A model generated the notes under the pieces. The model was not told where the DNA came from and made no database searches. It worked only from the letters and a program-made list of their open reading frames with translations. DNA of 63,387 bases, the filler included, from Craspedostauros australis (lineage: Eukaryota), in the NCBI GenBank assembly GCA_030167865.1. It is 12 parts of 12 records of this genome, joined end to end, with 100 filler letters (N's around TTAATTAATTAA, not from the genome) between each part and the next. Parts side by side here need not be neighbours in the genome. Positions count along the whole stretch, not along the records: positions 12,669 to 18,173 come from JALAGF010004387.1; positions 18,274 to 21,708 come from JALAGF010004388.1; positions 21,809 to 28,090 come from JALAGF010004389.1; 9 more parts are not named here. One strand, written 5' to 3'. Position 1 is the stretch's first letter. Each line of letters opens with the position of its first letter. The translations under genes and the position numbers were made by a program. This document shows, in pieces, positions 12,682 through 23,798 of the stretch.

Positions 12682-15600
12682 TCAAACCGCATGCTCGGCT
12701 GGCGAGCAATCATCCAGCTGAAGGGCTTCAACGTTCGTCGAATCATCCCCGACATCCATGATGACATGCTGGGGCCCATGTTCCATGAGCCTTGCGTCCT
12801 CTTTCGTCGCGAACGCCTCCATGGCTCCCACGACGCTGCATTGCGGATGCAAGACACCGCTGAGGTGACATTTCTTGATCGTCACCGTGGAAAACACGCC
12901 GTAATGGCCATGGACCCGAGCATCGTCGATCACGCATCCGCCAGCGATGGTCACGTGGGTTGGTTCGTACAGACGGCAGCCAAAGTAGAGCAACCGACCT
13001 TCGGCCTTGACGCCTTGGAAGCGTAGCACCGCGTTCATCATCGACGTTCCCCACAGCACTGGCGTGAACGACCAGCTCATCACCCAGTGGCAGAAAGACA
13101 GGTATACCGTGTACAGCGACAGGCTCCATGGCTTCGTCCTCGTATTCTTTCCCGTGAACACAATGAACTCTACGATGCGTTGCACGATGATCCAAACGAT
13201 GGTCTGGATGACAACCGCTGCGGCGAGGACAGGGACCACTCCGGCGGATGTCTGCGGCTTGGCCATGCTCATCCAGAACTCGTAAGCTGGGATGAAGCTG
13301 CCTGCCACGACCATGATCAAGGTGGCGTACAGGACGGTGCTCTTCACCACGATCTGCGAAAGTTCCCAACCGGAGAAGGGCTGATTCTGAGGATGTTGCT
13401 GTGGTCGAATCAGGTTCTCGGCGACGGTGGTACGCGGCGATACCAGCGCCTTGCGGACCGTCACGCCCGCCTTGCACGAGACCATGATGCCGATGCTGCT
13501 GTCCTCGATCGTGACCATCTTGTACTGATCGCCGTGCTTGATGTCGAAGGAGAACATGGAGATGAACGACCTGCGGACCCTGATGAGGTCAGCCTTGGAC
13601 GGAGGGAATTGCACCGCGAAGATCTTCGATCGCAAGTCGACGTCCATACCGTGGGCCATCATGACGAGGTTCCACAGCATCGAGTTGCTTGTCAGGATGT
13701 ACAGGAGCATGCAGGATCGGTTGAAGTGATAATCACAAGCCCAGTCCGCGAGGTCAGACATGATCGTTGCCCTTGCCTTGCCCGGTTTCTTCTTGCCGAT
13801 CAACACCCATTTGAGGATGATGCTGAACAGCAGCAGGAGCAGCGACGCGATTCCGATCGACACGACCCAGTATTGTAGCCTGGAGTATCTCCAGTCTCGT
13901 AACTGGCCATTCACCATGATATTGCCGACGAGCATGCAAGAGAATGCAATGTACAGCTCCACGACCAACCAAAGTAGCTTCATCGCTCCGATGATGATCC
14001 ATCGATGGTTATTCGATGATCCTGCCGCTGTGGTTGCTGCTGATGCGGTTGCCTGCATTGCTTCTGTATTGTTGGCGGCAATGCTTTCTGAACTATCGTT
14101 GTGTTTGTCAGTAGTCGCACATGTCGATTTGCTGTCGCTTGAGCTTGCGACGAAGGCCGGGTTGCCTTTGATTGCGGTGTTGGACGGCGCCTGCGCACCT
14201 TCTGGCATCACACAGAGACGTTGCACCTGACAGTTGGAACCGACCTTCACACCAGGGCAAAGGACGCCCTTGATCTTCGTGCCTGATCCAACTTCTACCT
14301 TGCGGAATCTCAGGGTGGGACCTCCCTCCTCGTCCCTCCACGGGCCGAACATGCGGCATCGGATGGGCTCGCCCACCGTGGCATGGGCGCCGATCTTCAC
14401 CAGATCGAACTCCCGAATGGACACGCAGATGTTCGACGACCGATGGACGTTCGCGCCCATGAGGTAGCAGTAGAGCGTCATCAGGGGGGTGTTGACGATG
14501 AAACGCCCGACGAAGGTCTCCCACACATGGATCAGCCGATCAACGAACCACCATCGCAGGAAGTAGATGCTTGTATAGCTCGCGTACCCTTCTCGGTATC
14601 TGCCAACGACGATCCACTTCATCAGAATGACCTCCACGGACAGCGCGGTCAACCAGACTGGAACGACGAAGGGATAGTACGCCCATTTGTACTCGTACTC
14701 GTCGGAGGATGTCCCAATGGTGAATTCTGCTTGCGTGTTGCTTCCATTGGCCAGCATCTTCCCAAATTCGTATGCCGGGATGATGGGAAGCGCAAATAGG
14801 AACAGAATGGCAAGGCCACCCACAAACTGGATGGCCGTGGCCGTTGCTTGGGACAGCGGCTTCTCATTCGGAACCGTGGTGATCTTCTTGAGGCTCGGGA
14901 GGTTGGTTGGCAGTGGCCGACCGGCTGATGCCTCGAGGGAGGTCCTCAGGTCGATGACCGATGGAAATAGATCGAAGGAGTTGGGAGGGATGGTGGTGCT
15001 GTATCGTTGGGACAGCGCCTGTCGCAGCTCAAGCTCTGCCATGGACGACAGCCCAATCTCCTTCCATGTGTCACCGGGCTTGGTTTGTACTCCGATGGTG
15101 TCCATCACGATCGCATCGAAGTCCTTGTCTTCCAGAGCCGTGCCTCGGGCGGCGCCATTTCCTGATGGGCATGATTTTGATTGCTCTGCGATGCCATCTT
15201 TGGCGACAATGTGGAGCACCACCTTGTGTACTTCGTCATGCAGACGTTGGCGGTTGCGGCGACGTTGGATCTTTCCGCTGGTGGTCTTGGAGATGGTGCG
15301 CTCTTCGATTGCTGTGATGGTTGCTGGCGCAAGTCCGATGTGTTCGAGGACCGATTGTTGGATGTTTCTGCACACCGACTCGACGTCGCTGATGTGTGAC
15401 GATCGGATCTCGAGAACGATCTGCAGTCGTCCATCTCCATCAGTTTCGTTCGAGGAGAACGCAGCGACACAACCCGGACGAACGGCAGACGACGCGTCCT
15501 GGACGGCATGTTCAATGTCCTGCGGGTAGTAGTTGACGCCGTTGACAATGATGATGTCCTTCTTGCGTCCACAGATGTAGAGATAGTCATCTTGGTAGAA

Positions 15601-17346
15601 TCCGTAGTCACCAGTACGCAAATACACCTTATCATCAGCATTGGTGTTGGCGTTGGTGTTGGCGTCGGATGACATGCTTTGGAGTACAGCATGGAAGGTC
15701 TCCCTAGTCAGGTCTGGTTGGCCGTAGTACCCGGCGGCGACGCATGGTCCAGCAATCCAAATCTCTCCAGTGGTGTTGTCATGGACCTCCTCACGTGAAT
15801 CGGGATCCACGATGACGATGTCAACGGAGTGGTGCAGAGCGTCACGATGGGCGATGGCCACGAATGGATGAAGATCTTCATCTTCACGGATGGCTGACAG
15901 CTGGAATCCTTGCTGATAGCTCACGCCAACAACATGCTCAGCCAGACCGTATGCTGGGAGGAACCAGTCCTTGCGCAGACCGTATCGAAGGAAGGCGTCA
16001 GAGAATAGCGCTTCCGTGTCCGGCCGGATCGGCTCGGCGGCGTTCTGGAAATGAAGCACGCTTGATAGATCCAAGTCCGGAATGATATCAGATCGTCTCC
16101 CACCCTGAGACTTGAGTTCGTCGAACTTGCGGATGACCAGCTGGTAGGCAAAGTCGGGGGCCGCACAGAAATGGCATTTGTGCTGCGACATGAGGTCGAT
16201 CCACAGCAAGGGATTTCTGATGAATGCCACTGGTGACATCATGTGCACGCGGAAAGTGCTCGCCAACGGTGCAATGACCAATTGGATCAGACCCATGTCA
16301 TGGTACTGTGGCAACCACGAGAAGCCTGCGATACGTTGTGGGAGTTGGTGTTTGCCACCCAGCTGGTCTGCAAATAAGGAGAGCCACGAATTGTGCAACA
16401 GCTCAACGTTAGCTCTCAGTGCATCATGTGTCACCATTACACCTTTGGGGTTGCCTGTGCTTCCAGATGTGTACTGGAGGAGCGCGAGATCCGATCCCAC
16501 GATGTTTGGTTCATCGAACGAAGGTGGTGGCGATGATGAACGGCCAGAGATGAGGTTGGAAAGGAAACATCTCTCCCCCCGCTGGGTTTGGTCGCGGCTC
16601 TTGTCGGTGATGAACGGATCATGGCGAATGATGCGATCGGTGACTTGGTAATTGATGCTGCTCGGCCACATGGTGCGGCTCTTGGATACTGGGTTGGCTC
16701 GATCGGCGGCGCGGAGTAGGTTGATGGATGTTTGGGTAAGGATGAGGGCTGGAGAGCAATCCTCGACCACCTTGTTCATCTTAGCGAGTGACTTGACGAG
16801 TGGAGGTCCCGGAGGATAGACGAGCACGGCAGTCACGCCTGCGCGGAGACATCCCAAGAATATCGCGAAGAAATGGAGTCCGAAGTCGTAGCAGAGAACG
16901 ACGCGATCGCCCTTGTTGACGCCCCACTTGTTGCGAAGGAGGTGGGCGCACTGTCCCGCTTCATCCCAGATCTGTTGGAAGGTGTAGTTATTGACTGCCT
17001 TTCCCTTTTCATCGTACCAAGTGGAGAAGACAAGGTCGGACTTGAGTTCAACGATGAACTTGAGATGATCGACAAAGGAATTCTCCTTGATGGATTGGTG
17101 GGTGGTCTCGTGCTCGGTGGCGTCTGTGGGAGACAGCATCTGCTTCGACGCAAGAGCTGGCATTGGGGGAGAGGACGTCTTGATGCGGTCGGCCTCGATA
17201 TCATCAATCGCCATGGCATCTTTGTATTTGCCTTCGTTGGCCTGTTTTGGAGCAGTGGCAGCAACTGTGATGCGTTCGTCCACATACTTGGTGTTCTCTG
17301 TGTTGTCATTGCCATTGCTGACGGTGGAGAGACGTTGAGAATTCAT
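12682..17346 (-). CDS. NRPS-like membrane synthetase: fatty acyl-AMP ligase (FAAL) + carrier protein + Pls/PosA-type terminal region (6 TM, 3 LbH-like soluble domains), 1554 aa, intronless
   Basis: FAAL motifs LQYTSGSTGNPKGV, SWLPQYHDMGLI, AAPDFAY, NAAEPI, PAYGLAE, YLRTGDYG, GRKKDIIIVNGVNYYPQDIE and KTTSGKIQRR. Carrier motif IGLSSMAELELRQAL. Repeated KWxxxG(R/K) motifs follow TM pairs and precede hexapeptide-like strands (LMGANV..., VKIGAHATV, VKVGSNCQV, VTIAGGCVI). Confidence 0.9.
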   Translation of the reverse strand: MNSQRLSTVSNGNDNTENTKYVDERITVAATAPKQANEGKYKDAMAIDDIEADRIKTSSPPMPALASKQMLSPTDATEHETTHQSIKENSFVDHLKFIVELKSDLVFSTWYDEKGKAVNNYTFQQIWDEAGQCAHLLRNKWGVNKGDRVVLCYDFGLHFFAIFLGCLRAGVTAVLVYPPGPPLVKSLAKMNKVVEDCSPALILTQTSINLLRAADRANPVSKSRTMWPSSINYQVTDRIIRHDPFITDKSRDQTQRGERCFLSNLISGRSSSPPPSFDEPNIVGSDLALLQYTSGSTGNPKGVMVTHDALRANVELLHNSWLSLFADQLGGKHQLPQRIAGFSWLPQYHDMGLIQLVIAPLASTFRVHMMSPVAFIRNPLLWIDLMSQHKCHFCAAPDFAYQLVIRKFDELKSQGGRRSDIIPDLDLSSVLHFQNAAEPIRPDTEALFSDAFLRYGLRKDWFLPAYGLAEHVVGVSYQQGFQLSAIREDEDLHPFVAIAHRDALHHSVDIVIVDPDSREEVHDNTTGEIWIAGPCVAAGYYGQPDLTRETFHAVLQSMSSDANTNANTNADDKVYLRTGDYGFYQDDYLYICGRKKDIIIVNGVNYYPQDIEHAVQDASSAVRPGCVAAFSSNETDGDGRLQIVLEIRSSHISDVESVCRNIQQSVLEHIGLAPATITAIEERTISKTTSGKIQRRRNRQRLHDEVHKVVLHIVAKDGIAEQSKSCPSGNGAARGTALEDKDFDAIVMDTIGVQTKPGDTWKEIGLSSMAELELRQALSQRYSTTIPPNSFDLFPSVIDLRTSLEASAGRPLPTNLPSLKKITTVPNEKPLSQATATAIQFVGGLAILFLFALPIIPAYEFGKMLANGSNTQAEFTIGTSSDEYEYKWAYYPFVVPVWLTALSVEVILMKWIVVGRYREGYASYTSIYFLRWWFVDRLIHVWETFVGRFIVNTPLMTLYCYLMGANVHRSSNICVSIREFDLVKIGAHATVGEPIRCRMFGPWRDEEGGPTLRFRKVEVGSGTKIKGVLCPGVKVGSNCQVQRLCVMPEGAQAPSNTAIKGNPAFVASSSDSKSTCATTDKHNDSSESIAANNTEAMQATASAATTAAGSSNNHRWIIIGAMKLLWLVVELYIAFSCMLVGNIMVNGQLRDWRYSRLQYWVVSIGIASLLLLLFSIILKWVLIGKKKPGKARATIMSDLADWACDYHFNRSCMLLYILTSNSMLWNLVMMAHGMDVDLRSKIFAVQFPPSKADLIRVRRSFISMFSFDIKHGDQYKMVTIEDSSIGIMVSCKAGVTVRKALVSPRTTVAENLIRPQQHPQNQPFSGWELSQIVVKSTVLYATLIMVVAGSFIPAYEFWMSMAKPQTSAGVVPVLAAAVVIQTIVWIIVQRIVEFIVFTGKNTRTKPWSLSLYTVYLSFCHWVMSWSFTPVLWGTSMMNAVLRFQGVKAEGRLLYFGCRLYEPTHVTIAGGCVIDDARVHGHYGVFSTVTIKKCHLSGVLHPQCSVVGAMEAFATKEDARLMEHGPQHVIMDVGDDSTNVEALQLDDCSPAEHAV

Positions 17347-18030
17347 GGTGTATGGCTGTTAGTGTGGATGTTGAGTTTGATCGCCGGAGATAGATTGGTG
17401 GTGGGCAGATAGTTGGGCTGGTGCTGAGTTGGTGCAGGTTCTGCTCGTTTTAGAATGGTATTATATGCCTCTTGCGTGGTGGTTGCCTTGTTGGTTTGAT
17501 CTGAACTGAAATTGTGTGCAGTTTGGATGATCGATCAATCAACCGACTGGAATGAAACAGGCTGTGAACATCCACCGTGATCGCCAAGGTATTGTCGGTA
17601 TGTTGGCATGAAAATGTTCGGTGGTTATTCCAACGTGGCCAATTCACGTAGATGTCAGTTCCTTTTGTTCATGGAGGGTGCGTGCAGGTCGCACCATACC
17701 TAACCCTGCTCGTACTGGGTCAGAGATCTGATTCCTCGGCGCGGGTCGCATTCGCATGCACGTAGTCTGATGGCGTCGTTTGTTGTTTGTAGCCTCCACA
17801 CGAACCGGTGTTGCGACGTCCGCCAGGCAAAAGACATCGCGTGCCTAAGATCGTACCATACCAGTTCCAACCAAGATTGCTTGTCCGTGAGGTGTTCTTC
17901 GGACTGTTTCGCTGTTCCAAATGAGAGCAACGGCAAAGTGCATGGAGCAAAGAGGCGCACAACAAATTCCAAACAGGCATACAGACATACATGCTCTTGG
18001 CTGGCTTCGATATCCCTAATGACGTTTTGC

Positions 18031-18134
18031 TTGCGTCCGGACACTTTCTCTACGTAGCATGCGTCCGGACGCAAATTGAACGCTCAGTTTGCGTCCCGAC
18101 GCAAATTGGGCCAATTTGCGTCCGGACGCAAATG
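18031..18134. repeat. Cluster of four copies of the palindrome TTTGCGTCCGGACGCAAA at 27-30 bp spacing
   Basis: GCGTCC(G/C)GAC cores start at 18033, 18061, 18091 and 18118. Copies 3 and 4 also form a ~45-bp hairpin around GCAAATTGG-G-CCAATTTGC. Confidence 0.9.
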
Positions 18135-18309
18135 TAAGGTCGCCGAAAATACCACTTGTACTACTTAAGTCCCNNNNNNNNNNNNNNNNNNNNNNNNNNN
18201 NNNNNNNNNNNNNNNNNTTAATTAATTAANNNNNNNNNNNNNNNNNNNNNNNNNNNNNNNNNNNNNNNNNNNNCCAAGACAGAAACGCCAACAACGACGG
18301 CGCTCAGAA

Positions 18310-19302
18310 ATGGTGGACACCATCACCATGACGACGCACGGCTTGGGCATGGGCATCGACCGATCCCGACAAGGATCGTCAAAACCGGTGATGCCTTCAC
18401 CACCATGCAAGCGAAGGAGGTTTCTTTCACCCTCATCTGCAAGCACCAGGATCGGATGCCACCACTTCCGCAAAGACGACCTCATTCGCGGATCGCCACC
18501 GACATCGCTCATCATCCCGGATCTCATGGACGTCCCCTCGGTCGACCATGGTGATGAGGTGTGGGGCGGCACCGGCAAGGACAACCAGAAGAACGAAGGC
18601 AACAACGCACCGTCATTCACGCTGAAACCAAGGTTCGACGGTCAGGCTCTTGGCTGTGTGTCTCGACTGGTTGGAGTCTGCAAATCCCAGTTCAAGGTAA
18701 TCCCATCAAAGCCTTCGATGGCGGCTCAACAACGTGCCACACTCACAGCGCGAAGGGCAGTGCCGCACCGTGTCAACGGACATAGGCATTCACCCGAATC
18801 GTTGCCAGTGTCATTGCCGAGGCCGGTCCCGATACAAGCCCCGATGCAGGCGCTGCCTTCAACGGCAATGGGGCCATTCAACTCTCTCGGACCTCGCGTG
18901 GTCTGCCCCCCTCAACATGACGGCTGGAGCAAGCACCGAAACTATCATGGTCATCATGAACGCCAGCAGCAACAGCAACATCGAGTGGAGGTGCTTCAGC
19001 CGCTGATGTCCCAACACTGCAGCAGTAGCGGTTGCAGCAACAATGGCAACAACCTCGGGAGGACTGGCATGGTGACGCATCAATGCGGACCAGGAGGACT
19101 GACACGGTACCAAACACCCCCACACACACGCTCGCTGATGCGGGTCGATCCTCACCACAGTGGAGTCTTCACTTCACTGCCGGCGCGCTTCGTTTCTCCA
19201 TCTTGCGAACAAGTTGGTAACAACGACAGCAACAGCATCGACGGTCGCGAGTCTCTGCCTCCTTCGCATGAGTCCGCGATGCGAAGGTCCGACCTGCCTT
19301 GA
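18310..19302 (+). CDS. Hypothetical low-complexity Pro/Ser/Gln-rich protein (330 aa)
   Basis: Longest ORF in the contig, followed by AT-richer 3' sequence. No domain recognised. Confidence 0.45.
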   Translation: MVDTITMTTHGLGMGIDRSRQGSSKPVMPSPPCKRRRFLSPSSASTRIGCHHFRKDDLIRGSPPTSLIIPDLMDVPSVDHGDEVWGGTGKDNQKNEGNNAPSFTLKPRFDGQALGCVSRLVGVCKSQFKVIPSKPSMAAQQRATLTARRAVPHRVNGHRHSPESLPVSLPRPVPIQAPMQALPSTAMGPFNSLGPRVVCPPQHDGWSKHRNYHGHHERQQQQQHRVEVLQPLMSQHCSSSGCSNNGNNLGRTGMVTHQCGPGGLTRYQTPPHTRSLMRVDPHHSGVFTSLPARFVSPSCEQVGNNDSNSIDGRESLPPSHESAMRRSDLP

Positions 19303-21808
19303 CATCTCCACACCACTCCGCATCAATGGTAATACTTGAGTATAGCATGCAATACTATTCATGAGAGATGTACCTACTGTACATAGTACTGGCATTACTT
19401 GATCACTGCATCATAGAATATCACACTGACTGGAGTTCATTCCATGATACATAGCAAACGAGGAGCGAACTTTCCTCCCGCCTGCCCATCATATAATACG
19501 AGCAGAGAAGAAACATTGGGAGTGAGCGCGGAAGCATACGACTACTACCATAGTCATAGCTGCGAGCTATTACATGATGGAGTGGGTGCTTGGATACATC
19601 GTATGCTGGTGCTCCAGAGCGCTCTCTTTGACCCAACTCACATAACCAATGACTGATGACCAACAACCACTCGAAGCTTGACGCGTTGCCGCAGAGATAG
19701 TCTGCGGTGCTGGTCTGCTCTCATCAATTAGATCGTATGTTAAGATCAGTCTTTCATTTCGCTTTGTTGGAAAGTGTGACTTCTCGTGATTCCTACAAAG
19801 CAGTCGCAGCACAAGTACTCTTCCTCCGCTTCCTGGGGCCAGGCGGCACTTTCTGCGATCTGCAGGGTCGCACCATGCCAATGCATTCGATACGAGTGTG
19901 CTGTGCCCTCGCAGTATGGTCCATAGTCTCTTTGCGTAATGATACGACCACAGATACAATTGCCGATAGTGGTGGCAGAGGTCGAGGAGCTGGTCGGCAG
20001 GAGACAGGACTATGAAGCAAAACAACCGTATCCAGGATACTTGTTCGTTGCCCATGACCACGGTGCATCAACTCTTGTGTGATCCTTGCATCTTCGCATC
20101 ATCGCCACAAACGTGACGGCATCAGTGCGCCTGCCGCGTCATCATCAGGGCCGCAGTCTCTTCCGTTGTCGCAGTATGATGACGTGAGGTCGCAAAACCC
20201 GGCTTGGGCCGCAGTTCATCTCATCCACACGCATAGTTCCAGCTTCTGCTAAGTACTTGAGTGTACCGTACGAGCACGTACATACCAGGTATCGCGCGGT
20301 ATCCACGTCGAAGAGAACATTGATCTGTGAAATGCAAGTCGAACCGTGCACAATTTTTGTGGACACTGTCATGGACGTCATCGTCGTTGGTGTTGTCGTT
20401 GTTGTTGGCGGGTGTTGTAGTTGTTTGTTGTTGTTGTTGTTCTTCTTCTTCGAGATTGAAATTCAGCCATTGACATTCTCGCTTTGTGCCGTGGCTCATC
20501 ACACCACGGACAAAGTGGAATGAAGCGTCTGGAATCTCCGTCATTTGCGGACTGTGGCGCGGAGTTTGGATGTTCGCGCTGCTTCGCTATGAACTTGAGA
20601 ACGGTTCGCGTCTGAACGTCATCCCTATTTGTTGGTGAATGCTATGTGCGCCCTGAACAGCTGTTTGCTTTTTTCAGTGGACCAACTGAGCTTCCGTTGG
20701 GAAATTGAGAACCAATGAAAAAGCAGTCCCACAGTGCGATAAAGCCCTGCCAGATGGCTGCTGTCAGTGAAAGAACAACGATGGTGCAGCTTCTCCTTGT
20801 TGTCGCGCTGCCTTTTCTGGGAATGCCTGCGACACGTTGTTTCTGTAAGTAACTGTATTTGACGACGTCGCACCGATCATACAATAGGCCAGTCCGGATA
20901 ACGTCCGCCTAAGTAAGTCACAGCATTGGGTGCGGATCACAAAATTTGGCATCTGCGCTTCCAAAGAGTCGCTGGTGCACGCTCGATGGTCAAGCGAGCA
21001 GCTTCAGGCGCTGCGCTCGAACGTGCCAATCTGCTTCCACAACGACGATTTGACACCACCCATAAGCGCGGAAGAATGCGTGGGGTGACGAATGCATCCT
21101 TCGTGAAAGACGAGGACAAGAAACAGCCAGGTTCGTGTGTACTTGCGTGAGTGCAAGGCACGATTCTGCACAGAGTCAGTACTGGGCCAACGTGTAGAAT
21201 TTCACTGGCGACGCAACACGTACGTGTATGGTACTATACACACCCACGATGACATGACTGGTGGAACCAGCGAGAAGAATGCGATCGAAGGAGAGAAGCG
21301 TGGGAGGCAAAAGACAGGAGCGAGCATGAACCAGTAGTAGTACGGCAAAGACGCTCAGAGGTACTCCCTTGGTCGGCGAACGATGGTACGTGTCACCACG
21401 CTTTCCGGGCAGAACGAGAGATGACGAAAAACCCAACGCCAATTTGTCGAGACGGCTTGTTTTAGTGGTGGCAATGAAACGCTGTGTATACGTACTGGTA
21501 GGACATGGTAGTGGTTGTACCTGAGCACAGAACGTGATCACAAACCGAAACCCAACAGGTATGACATCATAAAACCGAAAGCCAGCACGCCAAAGCACCA
21601 AAGTACCAAAGAGCCAAACAGGACAAAGTTATCATCATGACACCAACACCAACATCAACAAGACCAAGCGTCGCAACAATGACAATGATGAGCCAAGCAA
21701 TCCAACCANNNNNNNNNNNNNNNNNNNNNNNNNNNNNNNNNNNNNNNNNNNNTTAATTAATTAANNNNNNNNNNNNNNNNNNNNNNNNNNNNNNNNNNNN
21801 NNNNNNNN

Positions 21809-22756
21809 GCTTGCTTCTTCAATCCCAACATCACGACGACCATCCAGATTGCCTCCTACTCTTGCAACAGCGACAGAGCCTGCCAGTACACCGCCGTGTC
21901 CGTGCCCTCCCGTGCTTGCAACGGCGAGGCCGCTTGCAAGGAGAACTCTGGCACTGTCGCCGATGACGCTTGCAATGGTATTGAAGCATGCATGTCCAAC
22001 AAGGGAGCCATCGGCAAGGGTTCTTGCTTCGGAGACAGGGCTTGCTCTTCTAACAATGGCGACGTTGGTAGTGGCTCATGTATCGATATGGGGGCGTGTG
22101 GCAGCAACTCCGGAAATGTCAATGACGGCTCCTGTATTGGCCAGGAAGCCTGTGGGCTAAAGTCCGGCGATGTGGACGAAGGATCGTGCTTGGGCTTTTA
22201 CGCATGCCTCTACACCTACGGAACCGTCGCATCGAACGCATGCATTGGTAAAAACTCTTGTTTTTTGAATCGTTATGACATTGGCCAAGGCTCCTGTCAT
22301 GCCGAGTATGCTTGCGAGGAAAACTACGACGAGATCGGCAACTACTCTTGCATTGGAAGAGCAGCCTGCCAAGAGAACTCTGGGCAAGTCGCATCGTACG
22401 CGTGCAACGGTACCTACGCTTGTGTTTCGAATTCAAATTACATTGGCCAAGGCTCCTGTCAAGGCATGGACGCTTGCGCATTCAACGAAGGTGGCGTTGG
22501 TGCGGGGTCATGCCAAGGACAACGAGCTTGCCGCTCCAACTACGGTAACATCGAAGCGGGGTCATGCCAAGGACAACGAGCTTGCTCCCGCAACTACGGC
22601 GAGATCGGGATGGATTCGTGCAAAATGTACGAAGCGTGCTCCCGCAACGAAGGCGATGTTGGCGATGGAGCTTGCCTCGGTATCATGGCATGCTATTCCA
22701 ACGTTGATCCGGTGGCTGACGGAGGCTGCATCGGCAATTCTTCCTGTTCCGCGTAG
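21809..22756 (+). CDS. Cys-rich 18-aa tandem-repeat protein (5'-truncated), putative disulfide-stapled beta-solenoid
   Basis: About 16-17 units of xGx(V/I)GxGSCxGxxACxxN. Frame is open from the contig edge (ACFFNPNITT...). Confidence 0.85.
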   Translation, partial: ACFFNPNITTTIQIASYSCNSDRACQYTAVSVPSRACNGEAACKENSGTVADDACNGIEACMSNKGAIGKGSCFGDRACSSNNGDVGSGSCIDMGACGSNSGNVNDGSCIGQEACGLKSGDVDEGSCLGFYACLYTYGTVASNACIGKNSCFLNRYDIGQGSCHAEYACEENYDEIGNYSCIGRAACQENSGQVASYACNGTYACVSNSNYIGQGSCQGMDACAFNEGGVGAGSCQGQRACRSNYGNIEAGSCQGQRACSRNYGEIGMDSCKMYEACSRNEGDVGDGACLGIMACYSNVDPVADGGCIGNSSCSA

Positions 22757-23798
22757 ATGAGAAGTCATCACACAGAGTAGATCGTCGAGCAATTACTCTT
22801 TCGCCACAGGAAGTGATAACATTTGTATTTCTCATCAATTCCGATGTTCGTTTGTGGTGGAGAAAGAGAGAGCATGGTCTCTCTGCGCATTACTGTACGA
22901 CTATTCATGTCGAGGGTGTTGTCGCTCCTGTGACCATAGAACGGTTCTTGGTCTCAAGGATTTGCTCTGATCGGATGGAAAACCCCCAGTTGCCGCATGA
23001 TGACTGAGTCGAGCAAAAATACTACTAGTCGGAGTACGACGGTCACACCTCACAATTTGTTTTCTTCCCGTCGCGGGCCCCATGAATGTGCCTGGGACGA
23101 GCCCGAGCACCGCATGTGCGCACCTGCCGCAACGAACGTGCTGGGGCACTAGGAGCTGCATCCTGTGCAGCAAAGTAGAGATCACGATCGATGTAAGGCC
23201 TCGTGCCCTGTGCCCATATTCTTAGTCCCCCCTTCAATTTCTTGCCTTTTCCCACAGGGACAGTTTGTTTAGATGGATGCTTTGCGGTGGACACCAAGAT
23301 GGTGTTGGTTGTGGCCGATGTTGTGGCTGGGGTCCGAGTTATTGGTTATGGTCGATGTTGTCAGGATCCTCTCGTCACTGATCTTCCTGAATGGTCCTAC
23401 TAGTCGAAGATCCTCGTCTTTGGTGATGTCACAGAAGAGAACTCTGTTGTGGCCGGAACTCACTTCCTCTGTGTTGCCCATGCGCATTTTCGTGATGGAT
23501 GAGAACAGAAGGATCCGCCCACACGAACCAGAGGGGTGCGATCAAGAAGTGGACAAACAGAGAGACGAGGCAACCGCACACACCGCTCAACCCCACACTC
23601 GAGCATATCAACAACAGACATCGAGTTGCCACTCACATTCATCACACAGTGCATGGCACTCATACTAATACAAGCTAGCACAGACACACCATCGATATCT
23701 CTGTCATAGGTAGCTCGAACTCCACACTTCCTCGACAGTCAATCCAACGCCAATCGTTCAACGTCCAACGTCAATCGTCCAGCAACCATCCTCTCAAA

